A stretch of DNA of 63,765 nt, the filler included. It is 9 parts of 9 records of this genome, joined end to end, with 100 filler letters (N's around TTAATTAATTAA, not from the genome) between each part and the next. Parts side by side here need not be neighbours in the genome. Positions count along the whole stretch, not along the records: positions 31,469 to 36,641 come from SRR31156797_72287; positions 36,742 to 42,667 come from SRR31156797_72405; positions 42,768 to 51,729 come from SRR31156797_72443; 6 more parts are not named here. One strand, written 5' to 3'. The notes under the pieces were generated by a model. The model worked only from the letters and a program-made list of their open reading frames with translations. It was not told the DNA's origin and searched no databases. Of the stretch, positions 36,117 through 46,469 are shown piece after piece. Position numbers and translations under genes: made by a program. Within the stretch, counting starts at the first letter, position 1. Each line of letters opens with the position of its first letter.

Positions 36117-36497
36117 ATGCCGTTTGTCAGAATTTATATAAAAAAGGGAACATCTATAGCATTTCGTCAGGAGATCAGTCAGTCTGTTCATCAGTCGCTG
36201 GTGAGCTGTTTCGGGATACCGGAAGATGATCTGTTTCAGGTCATCGAAGAGGTGGACGTGCAGAATTTGATCTTTCCGAAACAGTATATGGGCATCCCCC
36301 ATTCTGAAGATATGATCTATATTCAGATCACCGCAAAAGGGGGAAGAACAGCAGCAATGAAGCAGCAGCTTTACCGGTCGATTGCAGATGAAGCGTACCG
36401 CCGGACAGGTCAGAGTCAGGACGATATTATTTTGATTTTGCAGGAAAACACCGAAGTGGACTGGTCGTTCGGTCGGGGAATTGCTCAGCTGATTTAA
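36117..36497 (+). CDS. Tautomerase-family protein (4-OT/MSAD-like)
   Basis: N-terminal Met-Pro, IPEDDLFQ, GRT...K and DWSFGRG; AGGAGG Shine-Dalgarno. Confidence 0.9.
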   Translation: MPFVRIYIKKGTSIAFRQEISQSVHQSLVSCFGIPEDDLFQVIEEVDVQNLIFPKQYMGIPHSEDMIYIQITAKGGRTAAMKQQLYRSIADEAYRRTGQSQDDIILILQENTEVDWSFGRGIAQLI

Positions 36498-36641
36498 CCG
36501 GGAGAAAGATGGGACTTGAGATCGGGATGGCGATGCTGTATTTTAGATGCGACATCGAATGAATCACTATTGAGAGGTGCGGGATGCCGGGGATTGAGTC
36601 GTTGATTGTTTTTTTGGTTGCAATTGTGGTGTAATGGGGCA

Positions 36642-36741
36642 NNNNNNNNNNNNNNNNNNNNNNNNNNNNNNNNNNNNNNNNNNNNTTAATTAATTAANNN
36701 NNNNNNNNNNNNNNNNNNNNNNNNNNNNNNNNNNNNNNNNN
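36642..36741. other. Artificial contig spacer
   Basis: N44-TTAATTAATTAA-N44. Confidence 0.99.
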
Positions 36742-36904
36742 GCAGATCGTAGCGCTCCTTTACCGTTAGCGATTTCGATCGTTTCATCACCGACAGCAGG
36801 CGTTCCTGGAATTCCTCCACGACCGTCGCCGGGTCCGATGCCTGTGATTCCATGGAAGGAAAGAAAACGAAAAAACAGAATAAAATCAATAATGTGCGCG
36901 TCAT
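36742..36904 (-). CDS. MlaC/Ttg2D (HpnM-like) periplasmic lipid-binding protein, N-terminal fragment
   Basis: Signal peptide then PATVVEEFQERLLSVMK...ERY; divergent from mlaA. Confidence 0.6.
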
Positions 36905-37160
36905 GAAGCCAACTGCCCGGGGTTTCGGTTCAATTGAGAGAGACAATCGCCCGTCCTTTGATGCATTTTGATAAAACCCTAAGGGCATGGAGTCGATAAG
37001 ACAATGTTTACCTTAGGTAGCGATCATCGAATTCTGTCAATATGTTGGGGTCCATAGCCATTTGGCGGTTGCAGCGTTCCGAAAGTTCACTTAAAAACGT
37101 TGGCAAGCAGGATAACCGGAAAAACGTCCATAAGGGTGGGGAAGTAAACTGAAAATCCTG

Positions 37161-38081
37161 ATGACGAGATTAATCAGAACCCTGATGGTCTGTGCGCTAG
37201 CGCTCGGAATGGTTGGATTCGGCGTTTTCGGCGTCGGTTCATCGCGCGTGGCGTGGGCCGATGCGGTGCAGTACGCGGATGCTTCCGATATTGAAATTGC
37301 CCAGGCGGCTGGCGATGCGGAAAACGTCAACGATCCGATCGAACCCCTGAACCGATTCTTCTTCAGTATCAATGAAATCCTGCAGAAAGTGGTGCTGCGG
37401 CCGGCCACCGAGATTTATCGAATCTTCATCCCGCCGCCGGTGCGCGAAGCGATCGGGAACATGATCGACAATCTGCGCACGCCGGTCATTCTTGCCAACG
37501 ATATCCTGCAGGGCGAGGGTGAACGCGCCTGGATAACGACCCAGCGTTTCCTCGTGAACTCGACGATCGGGGTTGCCGGCGTCATGGATGTGGCCGACGA
37601 ATTGGGCATTCAGAAACACAAAGAGGATTTCGGCCAGACCCTCGCGGTGTGGGGTGTCGACGAAGGCTTTTATGTGGTCCTGCCGCTTTTCGGCCCGTCG
37701 AATCCGCGCGATGCGGTCGGCAAGCTTTTGGTCGACGGCTATTTCGATCCGCTCGGTCAATACCTGGGTAACACCCATCAGGATGCGGCCGAATACGCGC
37801 GCCTCAGTGTTGAGGCCGTCGATGAATACGGCGGTGTCGTCGACGAGTTGGATCAGATTCGGAAAACCTCGGTCGATTATTATGCCGCCGTTCGCAGCAT
37901 GTATCGCCAGAAACGGGCATCGGAAATCAGCAACGGCGAGGAAGTCGATCTTCCGCCGATCCCGGACCTAAGCTACGAACTCGATGAACCGCTGGACGAA
38001 GACGACGCCGCAGAAAAGAAACCGGCGATCGGCAAAACCGGCGATCAGTTGTCTGAGAGCGGCAGCCGAATCGGCCAATAG
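37161..38081 (+). CDS. mlaA: MlaA/VacJ family protein
   Basis: NDPIEPLNR, RFLVNSTIG, EDFGQTL and YVVLPLFGPSNPRD. Confidence 0.92.
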   Translation: MTRLIRTLMVCALALGMVGFGVFGVGSSRVAWADAVQYADASDIEIAQAAGDAENVNDPIEPLNRFFFSINEILQKVVLRPATEIYRIFIPPPVREAIGNMIDNLRTPVILANDILQGEGERAWITTQRFLVNSTIGVAGVMDVADELGIQKHKEDFGQTLAVWGVDEGFYVVLPLFGPSNPRDAVGKLLVDGYFDPLGQYLGNTHQDAAEYARLSVEAVDEYGGVVDELDQIRKTSVDYYAAVRSMYRQKRASEISNGEEVDLPPIPDLSYELDEPLDEDDAAEKKPAIGKTGDQLSESGSRIGQ

Positions 38082-38126
38082 CCGACTCTTTCGCAATCAA
38101 ATCCTGTTTTTTTGATTTCAGAAAGC

Positions 38127-38158
38127 CCGCGATATGTCGTGGGCGTTGCGGTTTTTTT
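38127..38158 (+). terminator. Probable intrinsic terminator after mlaA
   Basis: CCGCGAT...GTTGCGG stem followed by T7. Confidence 0.5.
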
Positions 38159-38370
38159 CCAATCGAAATCATTATTTGGCAGGAACGAAAAGCTTTGCCG
38201 GGGCGGTTTGAAATATTCGTTTATTTCTGTTTTGTTCTCCCAATACCCATTGACCAAGATCAGGTATTATGAGACCTTAATTCAAGCCGGTGCCATGGTG
38301 GGCTGGCGCTTAAATGGCTCGACACGTTGTGGGCCGAAACGTCGTATTGCTTCTGCTGGAGGATATGGCC

Positions 38371-38386
38371 TGTGAACACGTTCACA
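38371..38386. promoter_or_regulatory. CRP/FNR-family box upstream of rpoH
   Basis: TGTGA-ACACGT-TCACA is a perfect TGTGA-N6-TCACA. Confidence 0.55.
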
Positions 38387-38537
38387 CTTTCTCCCGTCTA
38401 AAGCTCTTATAAGGGTAGCGTCCGCCGGTTTTCGCGGCCGCTCGATTTCGGCAACGGCATTGGATCCGTTGCCACAAAAATGACCCGATTCACGTTCATA
38501 CGACCGAAACACGTGATCTCGAAGGGAGACAAATTTG

Positions 38538-39407
38538 ATGCCCAGTCTTTCGCTGCCTGTCGTTCCATCCGAAAACGGCCTTTCACGGTATTTCCGCGAG
38601 ATCTGGCAATTCCCGATTCTCGAGGCCGAAGAGGAATACATGCTGGCGCAACGCCTGCGTGAGCACGGCGACATCGAAGCCGCGCATAAGCTGGTGACAA
38701 GCCATTTGCGCCTGGTCGCGAAGATGGCAATGAAATACCGTGGCTACGGATTGCCGGTCGCCGACCTTATGGCCGAGGGCAACATCGGACTGATGAAGGC
38801 GGTCAAGAAATTCGAACCCGAACGCGGATTCCGCCTGGCAACCTACGCCATCTGGTGGATCAAGGCGGCGATGACCGAATATGTCCTGCGGTCCTGGTCG
38901 CTGGTCCGCATGGGCACGATGGCTGCCCAGAAGAAAATGTTCTTCAACCTGCGGCGCCTGAAGACCCGCCTGGATATTCTCGATAGCGGCGAACTTTCCC
39001 CGGACGAGGCGCGCGCCCTGGCCGAAGGCCTCGACGTTTCCGAAAAGGAAATCGTCGACATGAACCGGCGAATCTCGTCGCGCGACACCTCCCTGAACAC
39101 GCCGATCGGCGACGACGAGGGCATGGAGTTTCAGGATACCCTGGTCGACGATTCGCCGTCGCCCGAAACAATCGCGATCAATAGCCACGACGCGGCCTAC
39201 CGCCGCGGGCTCTTGAAAGGCGCCATGGATGTCTTGAACGACCGCGAGAAGCATATCTTCATCGAGCGCCGTCTGAAGGATGACCCGATTACGCTCGAAC
39301 AATTGGGCGTTCATTACGGGATCAGCCGCGAGCGGGTTCGCCAACTCGAGGCCCGCGCCTTCGACAAGGTCAGCAAGGCGGTGCGCGCGGCGGCCGAAGC
39401 GGCCTGA
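38538..39407 (+). CDS. rpoH: RNA polymerase sigma-32 factor
   Basis: SHLRLVAK, YRGYGLP, RLATYAIWWI, RpoH box QKKMFFNLR, ISRERVRQLE. Confidence 0.92.
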   Translation: MPSLSLPVVPSENGLSRYFREIWQFPILEAEEEYMLAQRLREHGDIEAAHKLVTSHLRLVAKMAMKYRGYGLPVADLMAEGNIGLMKAVKKFEPERGFRLATYAIWWIKAAMTEYVLRSWSLVRMGTMAAQKKMFFNLRRLKTRLDILDSGELSPDEARALAEGLDVSEKEIVDMNRRISSRDTSLNTPIGDDEGMEFQDTLVDDSPSPETIAINSHDAAYRRGLLKGAMDVLNDREKHIFIERRLKDDPITLEQLGVHYGISRERVRQLEARAFDKVSKAVRAAAEAA

Positions 39408-39454
39408 CCCCGTAGGGGCCCATCCACGGAAAACCCGTTCAACCGCGAACGAAT

Positions 39455-39490
39455 GGACGGCCGATACCGGATTTCCGGCGTCGGCCGTTC
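39455..39490 (+). terminator. GC-rich hairpin after rpoH
   Basis: GGACGGCCGA..CCGG / CCGG..TCGGCCGTTC stem; weak U tract. Confidence 0.45.
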
Positions 39491-39739
39491 CTGCGTTTGC
39501 AGACTGCGATCGACCCGGCCCCGGAGGTTCGTCCGCCGGTTCGGTGCGTCAAAATTTCGCCATATTCTTTTCGATGATTGCCATTGGCAGGGCTCGCCGC
39601 ACAGCGAAGTTTCGGCGTTGGTTTTGTCTTCTTGACATCCGCGATTACGCCAATAAGCTCCGCTCCGGGCGATTTCGGCTATTTCGGCGCGGCTTTCGCC
39701 GTGTCGGTTTCCGTTTCCGTTGGGAGGGACGAACGAATA

Positions 39740-40681
39740 ATGATCACGCTTGACCGGCTAACGAAACAGTTTGGTCCCATACGTGCCGTCGACGACGTTT
39801 CCTTGACCATAAACCGTGGCGAAGTGCTGGGTTTCCTCGGCCCGAACGGGGCGGGCAAAACCACCACCATGCGCATGATCACCGGCTTCCTGCCACCTTC
39901 AGGCGGCTCGGCGGTGGTCGGCGGCTACGATGTCGCCAGCAATCCCATCAGGGTCCGCCAACAGATCGGTTATCTGCCCGAAGGGGCACCGCTGTATGGC
40001 GACATGACCCCGGCCCGTTTTCTCGATTTCGTCGCCGGTATGAGGGGGTTCGCCAACGGCCAACGGCAAAAACAGGTGGCGTGGGCGGTCGAAACCCTGG
40101 CCCTGGGCGAAGTCCTGCACCGGCCGATCGATACCCTGTCGAAGGGGTTCAAGCGGCGGGTCGGATTGGCTCAGTCCATTCTGCACGATCCCGATGTGCT
40201 GATTCTCGATGAACCGACCGACGGCCTCGACCCGAACCAGAAGCACCAGGTCCGCGATCTGATCCGCGGGATGGCGAAGGAAAAGGCGGTGGTCATTTCG
40301 ACCCATATCCTCGAGGAAGTCGAAGCCGTGTGCACGCGGGCGGTGGTGATTTCGAAAGGCCGGGTCGTATTCGACGGAACGCCCCGCGAATTCCAGCGCC
40401 GGTCGCGCCGACACAATTCGGTGGCCATCCGGCTGGCGCCCGAATCGGCGACTCGGCTGGCACAGGAGATTTCCCAATTGGCCGGCGTCAAGGCGGTGGA
40501 ACGCGGCGACGAACAGGGCGGTTTCGCGACACTGATCGTCATCCCGTCGGACGGCCACCAGATTCTCCACGACCTGGGCCAATGCGTGAACGCCAGCGGC
40601 CTTCCGATCGAAGAGATCTATGCCGAACGCGGCGATCTTTCGGAAGTCTTCCGCGATTTGACGATGGGGGCCGAGGGGTAA
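39740..40681 (+). CDS. ABC transporter ATPase (GldA-like)
   Basis: GPNGAGKTT, LSKGFKRR, LDEPTDGLDP and STHIL. Confidence 0.9.
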   Translation: MITLDRLTKQFGPIRAVDDVSLTINRGEVLGFLGPNGAGKTTTMRMITGFLPPSGGSAVVGGYDVASNPIRVRQQIGYLPEGAPLYGDMTPARFLDFVAGMRGFANGQRQKQVAWAVETLALGEVLHRPIDTLSKGFKRRVGLAQSILHDPDVLILDEPTDGLDPNQKHQVRDLIRGMAKEKAVVISTHILEEVEAVCTRAVVISKGRVVFDGTPREFQRRSRRHNSVAIRLAPESATRLAQEISQLAGVKAVERGDEQGGFATLIVIPSDGHQILHDLGQCVNASGLPIEEIYAERGDLSEVFRDLTMGAEG

Positions 40682-40685
40682 GGTT

Positions 40686-41420
40686 ATGCAAAACGTCATG
40701 TCCATATTCCGGCGCGAATTCGGCGCCTATTTCTCGACCCCGCTGGCTTACGTTTTCATCGTCATCTTTCTGGCGCTCAGCGGATCGTTCACGTTTTTCC
40801 TGGGCTACTTTTTCGAACGCGGCCAGGCCGACCTGCAGCCGTTTTTCTCGTTTCATCCGTGGCTGTATCTGATCTTCGTGCCGGCCGTTTCGATGCGGCT
40901 TTGGGCCGAGGAGCGCAAGTCGGGAACCATCGAGCTTCTGATGACCCTGCCGATCTCGACGACGCAGGCCGTCCTCGGCAAGTTTTTGGCCGCTTGGGCG
41001 TTCGTCGCCATTGCCGTTCTGCTGACCTTTCCGTTCTGGTTGACGGTCAACTATCTGGGCAGCCCGGATAACGGCGTCATCCTCGCCGGCTATATCGGCA
41101 GCCTGATCATGGCCGGGGCCTATCTGGCGATCGGCGCCTGCATTTCCGCCATCACCAAGAATCAGGTGATTGCCTTCATCCTGTCGGCACTGGTCTGTTT
41201 CCTGTTCATCACCAGCGGGCTCGAGATCGTCATCGCGTTTTTCCGCGGGTGGGCGCCGGCGAGCATCGTCGATTTAGTCGCGGGCATGAGCTTTCTCTCC
41301 CATTTTTCGGCGATCACGACCGGCGTCATCGACCTTCGCGACATCATCTTCTTCGGTTCTTTGATTTCGGTCTGCCTTTTCATCAACGTCCTTCTCGTTG
41401 ATGGCCGCAAGGGAGCGTGA
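40686..41420 (+). CDS. ABC-2 permease (GldF-like)
   Basis: YFSTPLAY and SMRLWAEERKSGTIELL. Confidence 0.9.
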   Translation: MQNVMSIFRREFGAYFSTPLAYVFIVIFLALSGSFTFFLGYFFERGQADLQPFFSFHPWLYLIFVPAVSMRLWAEERKSGTIELLMTLPISTTQAVLGKFLAAWAFVAIAVLLTFPFWLTVNYLGSPDNGVILAGYIGSLIMAGAYLAIGACISAITKNQVIAFILSALVCFLFITSGLEIVIAFFRGWAPASIVDLVAGMSFLSHFSAITTGVIDLRDIIFFGSLISVCLFINVLLVDGRKGA

Positions 41421-41429
41421 GGAACGACC

Positions 41430-42667
41430 ATGCAGAAAAACAACACCTTCGATCAAAACAGGTTGGCCATCATCGCCGGCGGGTTGGCGATCGTTCTGTT
41501 CCTCGCCATCAACGTGCTGTCTGAAACGACCCTGACGTCGGCTCGATTGGACCTGACCGAGAATCGCCTTTTCACCCTTTCCGACGGTACCCGCGAAGTC
41601 CTGACTTCCATCGACGAACCGCTGACCTTGCGGCTGTACGCATCGCGCTCGTTGGCCGAAGCGGCACCGGCCTACGGCGATTTCATCAATCGGGTGCGCG
41701 AAGTCCTGGAGCACTATTCCGACATCTCCGGCGGCAAGATCCGCCTCCAGGTGCTCAATCCGGAACCCTATTCGGTCGAGGAGGACGAAGCGGTCGCTTA
41801 TGGCCTGCAGGGCATCCAGTTGGATTCCGGCGGCGAACTGGTCTATTTCGGTCTGGCCGCGACCAACAGCACCGACGATCAGGAAATCATCCCCTTCTTC
41901 GACAACCAGCGCGAACGCTATCTCGAATACGACCTGACGCGTATGGTCTTCAATCTGGCCAACCCGAAGAAAAAGACCGTCGGACTGATGGCTTTCATCC
42001 CGATCGATGCCGACCCCATGCGGGAATACAAACCCTGGGCCATCATCGAACAGATGGAGCAGTTCTTCGAGATCACGGCGATCGGCCGAAGCGTCGAACG
42101 AATCCCCGACGACCTCGACCTGTTGATGATCGTGCATCCGAAGGCCGTGCCCGACAAAACCCTTTACGCCATCGAGCAGTTCATTCTGCGGGGCGGCCGG
42201 GCGATGATCTTCGTCGATCCGCATTCCGAGGTCGAAGCCGAGATGGCGATGGCGACCCGGCAGCCGCCGGGAAACACCGGATCCGACCTTGCCAAGCTGT
42301 TCGAAACCTGGGGTGTCGATTTCACGCCGGAAAAATTCGTCGGTGACCGGCAGGCGGCGACGCGGGTCGAAGTGCCCGGCAGAGGCCGTTCGGTCATTGC
42401 CGACTATGTCTCGTGGATCGGCCTCGACGAAAGTCATTTCAACCCGGACGATGTCACCACAAGCGATCTCAAGCGGGTTTTCATGGCCGCCGCCGGCTAT
42501 ATCGCCAAGAAGAAGGACGCCGATATCGAAATCGTCCCGCTGATCCTCAGCGGCGAACGCTCCATGCGTATCGACGCGGCAAAGGTTCGTATGCGGCCCG
42601 ATCCGGCCGGTCTGTTGCGGGACTTCAAATCGGAAGCGACGCCGTTCACGCTGGCGGCCCGGGTTCG
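41430..42667 (+). CDS. ABC auxiliary component (GldG-like), 3' truncated
   Basis: RLDLTENRLFTLSDGT, LEYDLTR and FILRGGR. Confidence 0.88.
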
Positions 42668-42767
42668 NNNNNNNNNNNNNNNNNNNNNNNNNNNNNNNNN
42701 NNNNNNNNNNNTTAATTAATTAANNNNNNNNNNNNNNNNNNNNNNNNNNNNNNNNNNNNNNNNNNNN
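42668..42767. other. Artificial contig spacer
   Basis: N44-TTAATTAATTAA-N44. Confidence 0.99.
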
Positions 42768-43428
42768 CCTTCAGATGGATGTGTCCGATCAGGCCTTCCG
42801 CCGCCTCATAGCCTTCGGGATAGGGCCTTTCGGTACAGTACATGGCGTTACAGGGGTCCCAGAGGATCTTGAGGATATCCGTGTTCAGCTCCTTGATCAG
42901 CTTGGCCGCCAGGTAGTTGGAGGTCACCTGTCCGCCGTTGCAGTTCTCGGTCACGATCATGGTACCCATCTTCTCGGCATAGGCCACGGGCTCTCTGTAG
43001 AGCTCGACCTGGGCATCCCAGGCGCCGTTGGCGGTGACCCACTTCTCCGCGCCGTGGGAACCGAAGAGGATCATATCCTTCTTGGTACTCATGATGCGTA
43101 CGATGGGACACTCCAGCTCGTTGGCGATTTCGAAGCACCTTTTGTACTTCTCCATATGGGCGTTGTAGGCTTCGCTTCCCAGGGTCTCGGCCTTGGCGGG
43201 GATGCCGGCGAAGTTGTGGCGGGTCAGACAGCCGATCCTGATGCCGTACTTCTTCTGAAGCCTCTTGATCTCCTTGACCTCTTCGTCGCTCTGATCGCCG
43301 ATCTCCTTACCCCAGATAAACTGAAGGTCGCCGTACTCGAATCCGTGCTCCTGAAGGAACTTGAAAGACGTCTCAACATCCTGGCTGATCCCGTCTGTGA
43401 TGATACCTAATTTCAGTCCTGCCATCAT
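42768..43428 (-). CDS. Sugar phosphate isomerase/epimerase (xylose isomerase-like TIM barrel), 3' truncated
   Basis: GIITDGISQD, TEN, LWDPCN and HIHLK. Confidence 0.85.
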
Positions 43429-43453
43429 AATACTCCTTTGTTCTTAGCTTTGA

Positions 43454-44344
43454 TCAGCCCTTGACCTCGGTTCCCGCGATCTGCTCGAGGAACTTGACGA
43501 TGGACCAGTTGTCGCCTTCGGGGAACAGGGATTTTCCTGTCTGGAACATCTCGTAGGCCGCTGCGGCGGTGTACATGGCGCAGCCCGACTCCTTGGCCAG
43601 GTTCATGGATATGCCCATGTCCTTGTGCATAGTGGCGATGTGGCTTCCCGTCTTCTCGAACTTTCTCTGCAGGATCAGCTCGCCGCAGTTCTTCAGCAGG
43701 CCGCTTCCCACGCCGCTGGAGCAGAACACCTCGTACATGGTCCGGGGATCGGCGCCGGCCTTGGTTCCCAGCACCAGGGCCTCGAAGATGGCCGTGAAGC
43801 TGGATCCGATCAGGGCCTGGAGGGAGGCCTTGATGACCTGTCCCTGTCCGGGCTCGCTTCCCACGTGGAACAGATCCTTACCGACGGCGTTCAGCACGTC
43901 CTGGTTTCCTTCCCATACCTCGTCGGGAGCGGCGACCATCATGGTCAGGGTGCCGTTGTCGGCTCCGCCCTTTCCTCCGGATACGGGGCTGTCGATCAGA
44001 TTGATACCCTTTGCCTTTACGGGCTCTACGCACTCTTTGATTTCAGAGGGGTTGATGGTAGCGGTAACCAGGATGGTGGAACCGGGCTTCATGGCCTCCA
44101 GGAGTCCCCCCTCGCCCATGATGACGGACTGAACCTGCTTGCCGTTCATTACCATGACGAAGACGGCGTCGCAGCCCTCTCCGATCTCTTTGACTGAAGA
44201 AACGGGGGTACCGCCCATCTCCTTCAGGAGCGTCTTTCTTTCCTCTCTAAGGTCAAATCCCTTGGTGGAAAAACCTGCTTTCACAAGATTGCCGGCCAGA
44301 CCGATTCCCATGTCTCCCAATCCAACAACTCCAACGCTTCTCAT
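43454..44344 (-). CDS. NAD(P)-dependent beta-hydroxyacid dehydrogenase (GarR/LtnD/HIBADH family)
   Basis: VGLGDMG, DSPVSGG, catalytic Lys in GQVIK, MHKDM. Confidence 0.9.
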   Translation of the reverse strand: MRSVGVVGLGDMGIGLAGNLVKAGFSTKGFDLREERKTLLKEMGGTPVSSVKEIGEGCDAVFVMVMNGKQVQSVIMGEGGLLEAMKPGSTILVTATINPSEIKECVEPVKAKGINLIDSPVSGGKGGADNGTLTMMVAAPDEVWEGNQDVLNAVGKDLFHVGSEPGQGQVIKASLQALIGSSFTAIFEALVLGTKAGADPRTMYEVFCSSGVGSGLLKNCGELILQRKFEKTGSHIATMHKDMGISMNLAKESGCAMYTAAAAYEMFQTGKSLFPEGDNWSIVKFLEQIAGTEVKG

Positions 44345-44473
44345 AACAAAGTCTCCTATAAACTTTTGCCCAAAAGGTCTTCAATTTCTTAATTTATTCA
44401 AACCGTCCGCTCCCGTGAACCGCGGCGCACGGACGATTAATACAGATTCAATATACCATTACTATTTAACGAT

Positions 44474-45754
44474 TTACTGTCCGTAAAACAGGGTGGGAAG
44501 CCATACGGTCATGGCCGGTACGAAACAGATCAGAAGGAGCACCAGCAGGTTGCCCAGCAGAAAGGGGATCGCCCCCTTGAAGATCCTGCTGATCTCCAGC
44601 TTGCTGATGGCCGCCGCCACGTTCAGACAGGTTCCCACAGGCGGTGTTACCGCGCCGACCGCCAGGCCCGTGATCAGCAGGGAGCCGAACTGCACAGGCG
44701 AGATTCCCACGGCCATAACGGCGGGCAGGAACACCGGGGTGATCAGCAGGATAGCCGGGGACACATCGATGAAGGTTCCCGCCACCAGGATGATGGCCAT
44801 GATGGTGGTCAGCAGCATGGTGGGGGCCATATCGAAACCGATGACCCAGCCCGCTATCTGCTGGGGCACCCCTTCCAGGGCCAGGATCCAGATATAGAGC
44901 TGGGAGATGGCGATGATGATCATGATGGACGAACAGGTCTTGATGGCGGCCAGGAAGAGGCCCGGCAGCTTCTTCAGCTTGATCCCCTTGAAGACGAACA
45001 GCCCCACGATCAGGGAGTACATGACGCCCATGGCCGCCGATTCATTGGCCGTGGCGATGCCGACGACAACGGTACCCACGACGAACAGGGGCATGATCAG
45101 GGCCACCAGGGAGGTCCGCACGGTCCTGGCGACGAACTCCCAGGAGTAGGTGAAATCCTCGGTGGGATAGTCCTTCCTGTAGGAGATCACGATATTGATC
45201 ACCAGCTGGAAGAGACCGATCATGATACCCGGTATGGCGCCGCCCAGGAAGAGCCGGCCCACCGACTGCTCAGCCGTCACGCAGTAGAGCACCATAGGGA
45301 CGCTGGGGGGGATGATCATACCCATGGTGGAGGACGCGACGGTTATGCCGGAGGCGAACTCCACGGGGTAGCCCCTGTTTTCCATCTCGGGGATCAGGAT
45401 GGCGCCCACAGAAGCCGTATCGGAGGAGGAGGAGCCGGAGATCCCGCCGAAGATCATACTGGCGAAGACGTTGATGCAGCCCAGGCCGCCCTTCAGCTTT
45501 CCGAATATGAGGTTGCTGAAGTCGATGATGCGCCGGGTGATCCCGCTGTCGTTCATCAGCTGTCCCATCAATATAAACAGGGGCAGAGCGATCATGCTCT
45601 CGCTGTTGAATCCGGAGAAGATCCTCTGAGGCAGGATGTTCAGCAGCTCGGGATGAAAGGTAAAGAAATAAAACAGTGCCGAAAGCCCCAGGGAAAAGGC
45701 AATGGGAATGCCCATGACCAGCAGCACGGCTAGTGAACCTAATAAGAGAATCAT
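44474..45754 (-). CDS. dctM: TRAP transporter large permease
   Basis: ALPLFILMG, GISGS, IIPPS and TPPVG. Confidence 0.93.
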   Translation of the reverse strand: MILLLGSLAVLLVMGIPIAFSLGLSALFYFFTFHPELLNILPQRIFSGFNSESMIALPLFILMGQLMNDSGITRRIIDFSNLIFGKLKGGLGCINVFASMIFGGISGSSSSDTASVGAILIPEMENRGYPVEFASGITVASSTMGMIIPPSVPMVLYCVTAEQSVGRLFLGGAIPGIMIGLFQLVINIVISYRKDYPTEDFTYSWEFVARTVRTSLVALIMPLFVVGTVVVGIATANESAAMGVMYSLIVGLFVFKGIKLKKLPGLFLAAIKTCSSIMIIIAISQLYIWILALEGVPQQIAGWVIGFDMAPTMLLTTIMAIILVAGTFIDVSPAILLITPVFLPAVMAVGISPVQFGSLLITGLAVGAVTPPVGTCLNVAAAISKLEISRIFKGAIPFLLGNLLVLLLICFVPAMTVWLPTLFYGQ

Positions 45755-46359
45755 GCGTTGCGACCTCCCTTCTTTTCTTCTTTTTTACTTTCCGCTTCCA
45801 GGGCGAGGCGGTCCGCCTCGGCGGCCTCTTCCAGAAGCTCCTTGACCTCGATATCCGCATCGGCGGTTTCGAGGTGAAGCTCTTCGGGGTTCATATGGAT
45901 CAGCAGTATATTGAACAGGCAGTAGAACACGATCAGTCCGAATCCGATGGGGATGGTGATCGACTCCACGGCTCTCGATATCCCGGTTACTTGCGACTTG
46001 AATGTCTTGATGCTGTTCAGCCAGGGCAGGCTCTCTTTGAAAACGAAGTAGCTGAACATGGCGATCAGAAGATAGTTGATCGTCAGGACGACCTTTTTCC
46101 CGGTCAGGGGAAGCTTATCGATAAATACGGAGATCCGTATATGCTCTCTGTTGCGAACCATCACCGCGGCGCCCAGGGCGGAGCAGTAGGTAAAGAGCAT
46201 GGTAAAGGTCTCGGCGGTTCCCATAATCGATGTATTGAAAACGTAGCGCAGCACTACCTGATTGAAAACCATCAGAAAGATCAGGATAAACAGTATGCTC
46301 AGGACGGCTTCCACGGTCCTGGTAAAGATCCTGTCAAGTTTTCGAATCAAATCCATCAT
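45751..46359 (-). CDS. dctQ: TRAP transporter small permease
   Basis: QVVLRYVFN and EHIRI; four TM segments and an acidic tail. Confidence 0.9.
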   Translation of the reverse strand: MMDLIRKLDRIFTRTVEAVLSILFILIFLMVFNQVVLRYVFNTSIMGTAETFTMLFTYCSALGAAVMVRNREHIRISVFIDKLPLTGKKVVLTINYLLIAMFSYFVFKESLPWLNSIKTFKSQVTGISRAVESITIPIGFGLIVFYCLFNILLIHMNPEELHLETADADIEVKELLEEAAEADRLALEAESKKEEKKGGRNA

Positions 46360-46383
46360 AACAATTCCTTTTTTTAATATGAT

Positions 46384-46415
46384 GCCGCATCTGTTGCTGT
46401 GGGCGCAGATGCGGC
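46384..46415. other. Stable hairpin between dctP and dctQ
   Basis: GCCGCATCTG / CAGATGCGGC 10-bp stem, with a second GCCGCC/GGCGGC stem nearby; typical of differential mRNA stabilisation. Confidence 0.5.
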
Positions 46416-46469
46416 CGGTTGATGCGTTGAAGGCCGCCGTAAGATTGGTCAGGCGGCGCATTCAAATGA

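Noticed and set aside
36630-36641. Contig 5 ending in TAATGGGGCA, similar to the HUH element terminus
   Set aside because: Too short to distinguish from chance without the missing sequence.
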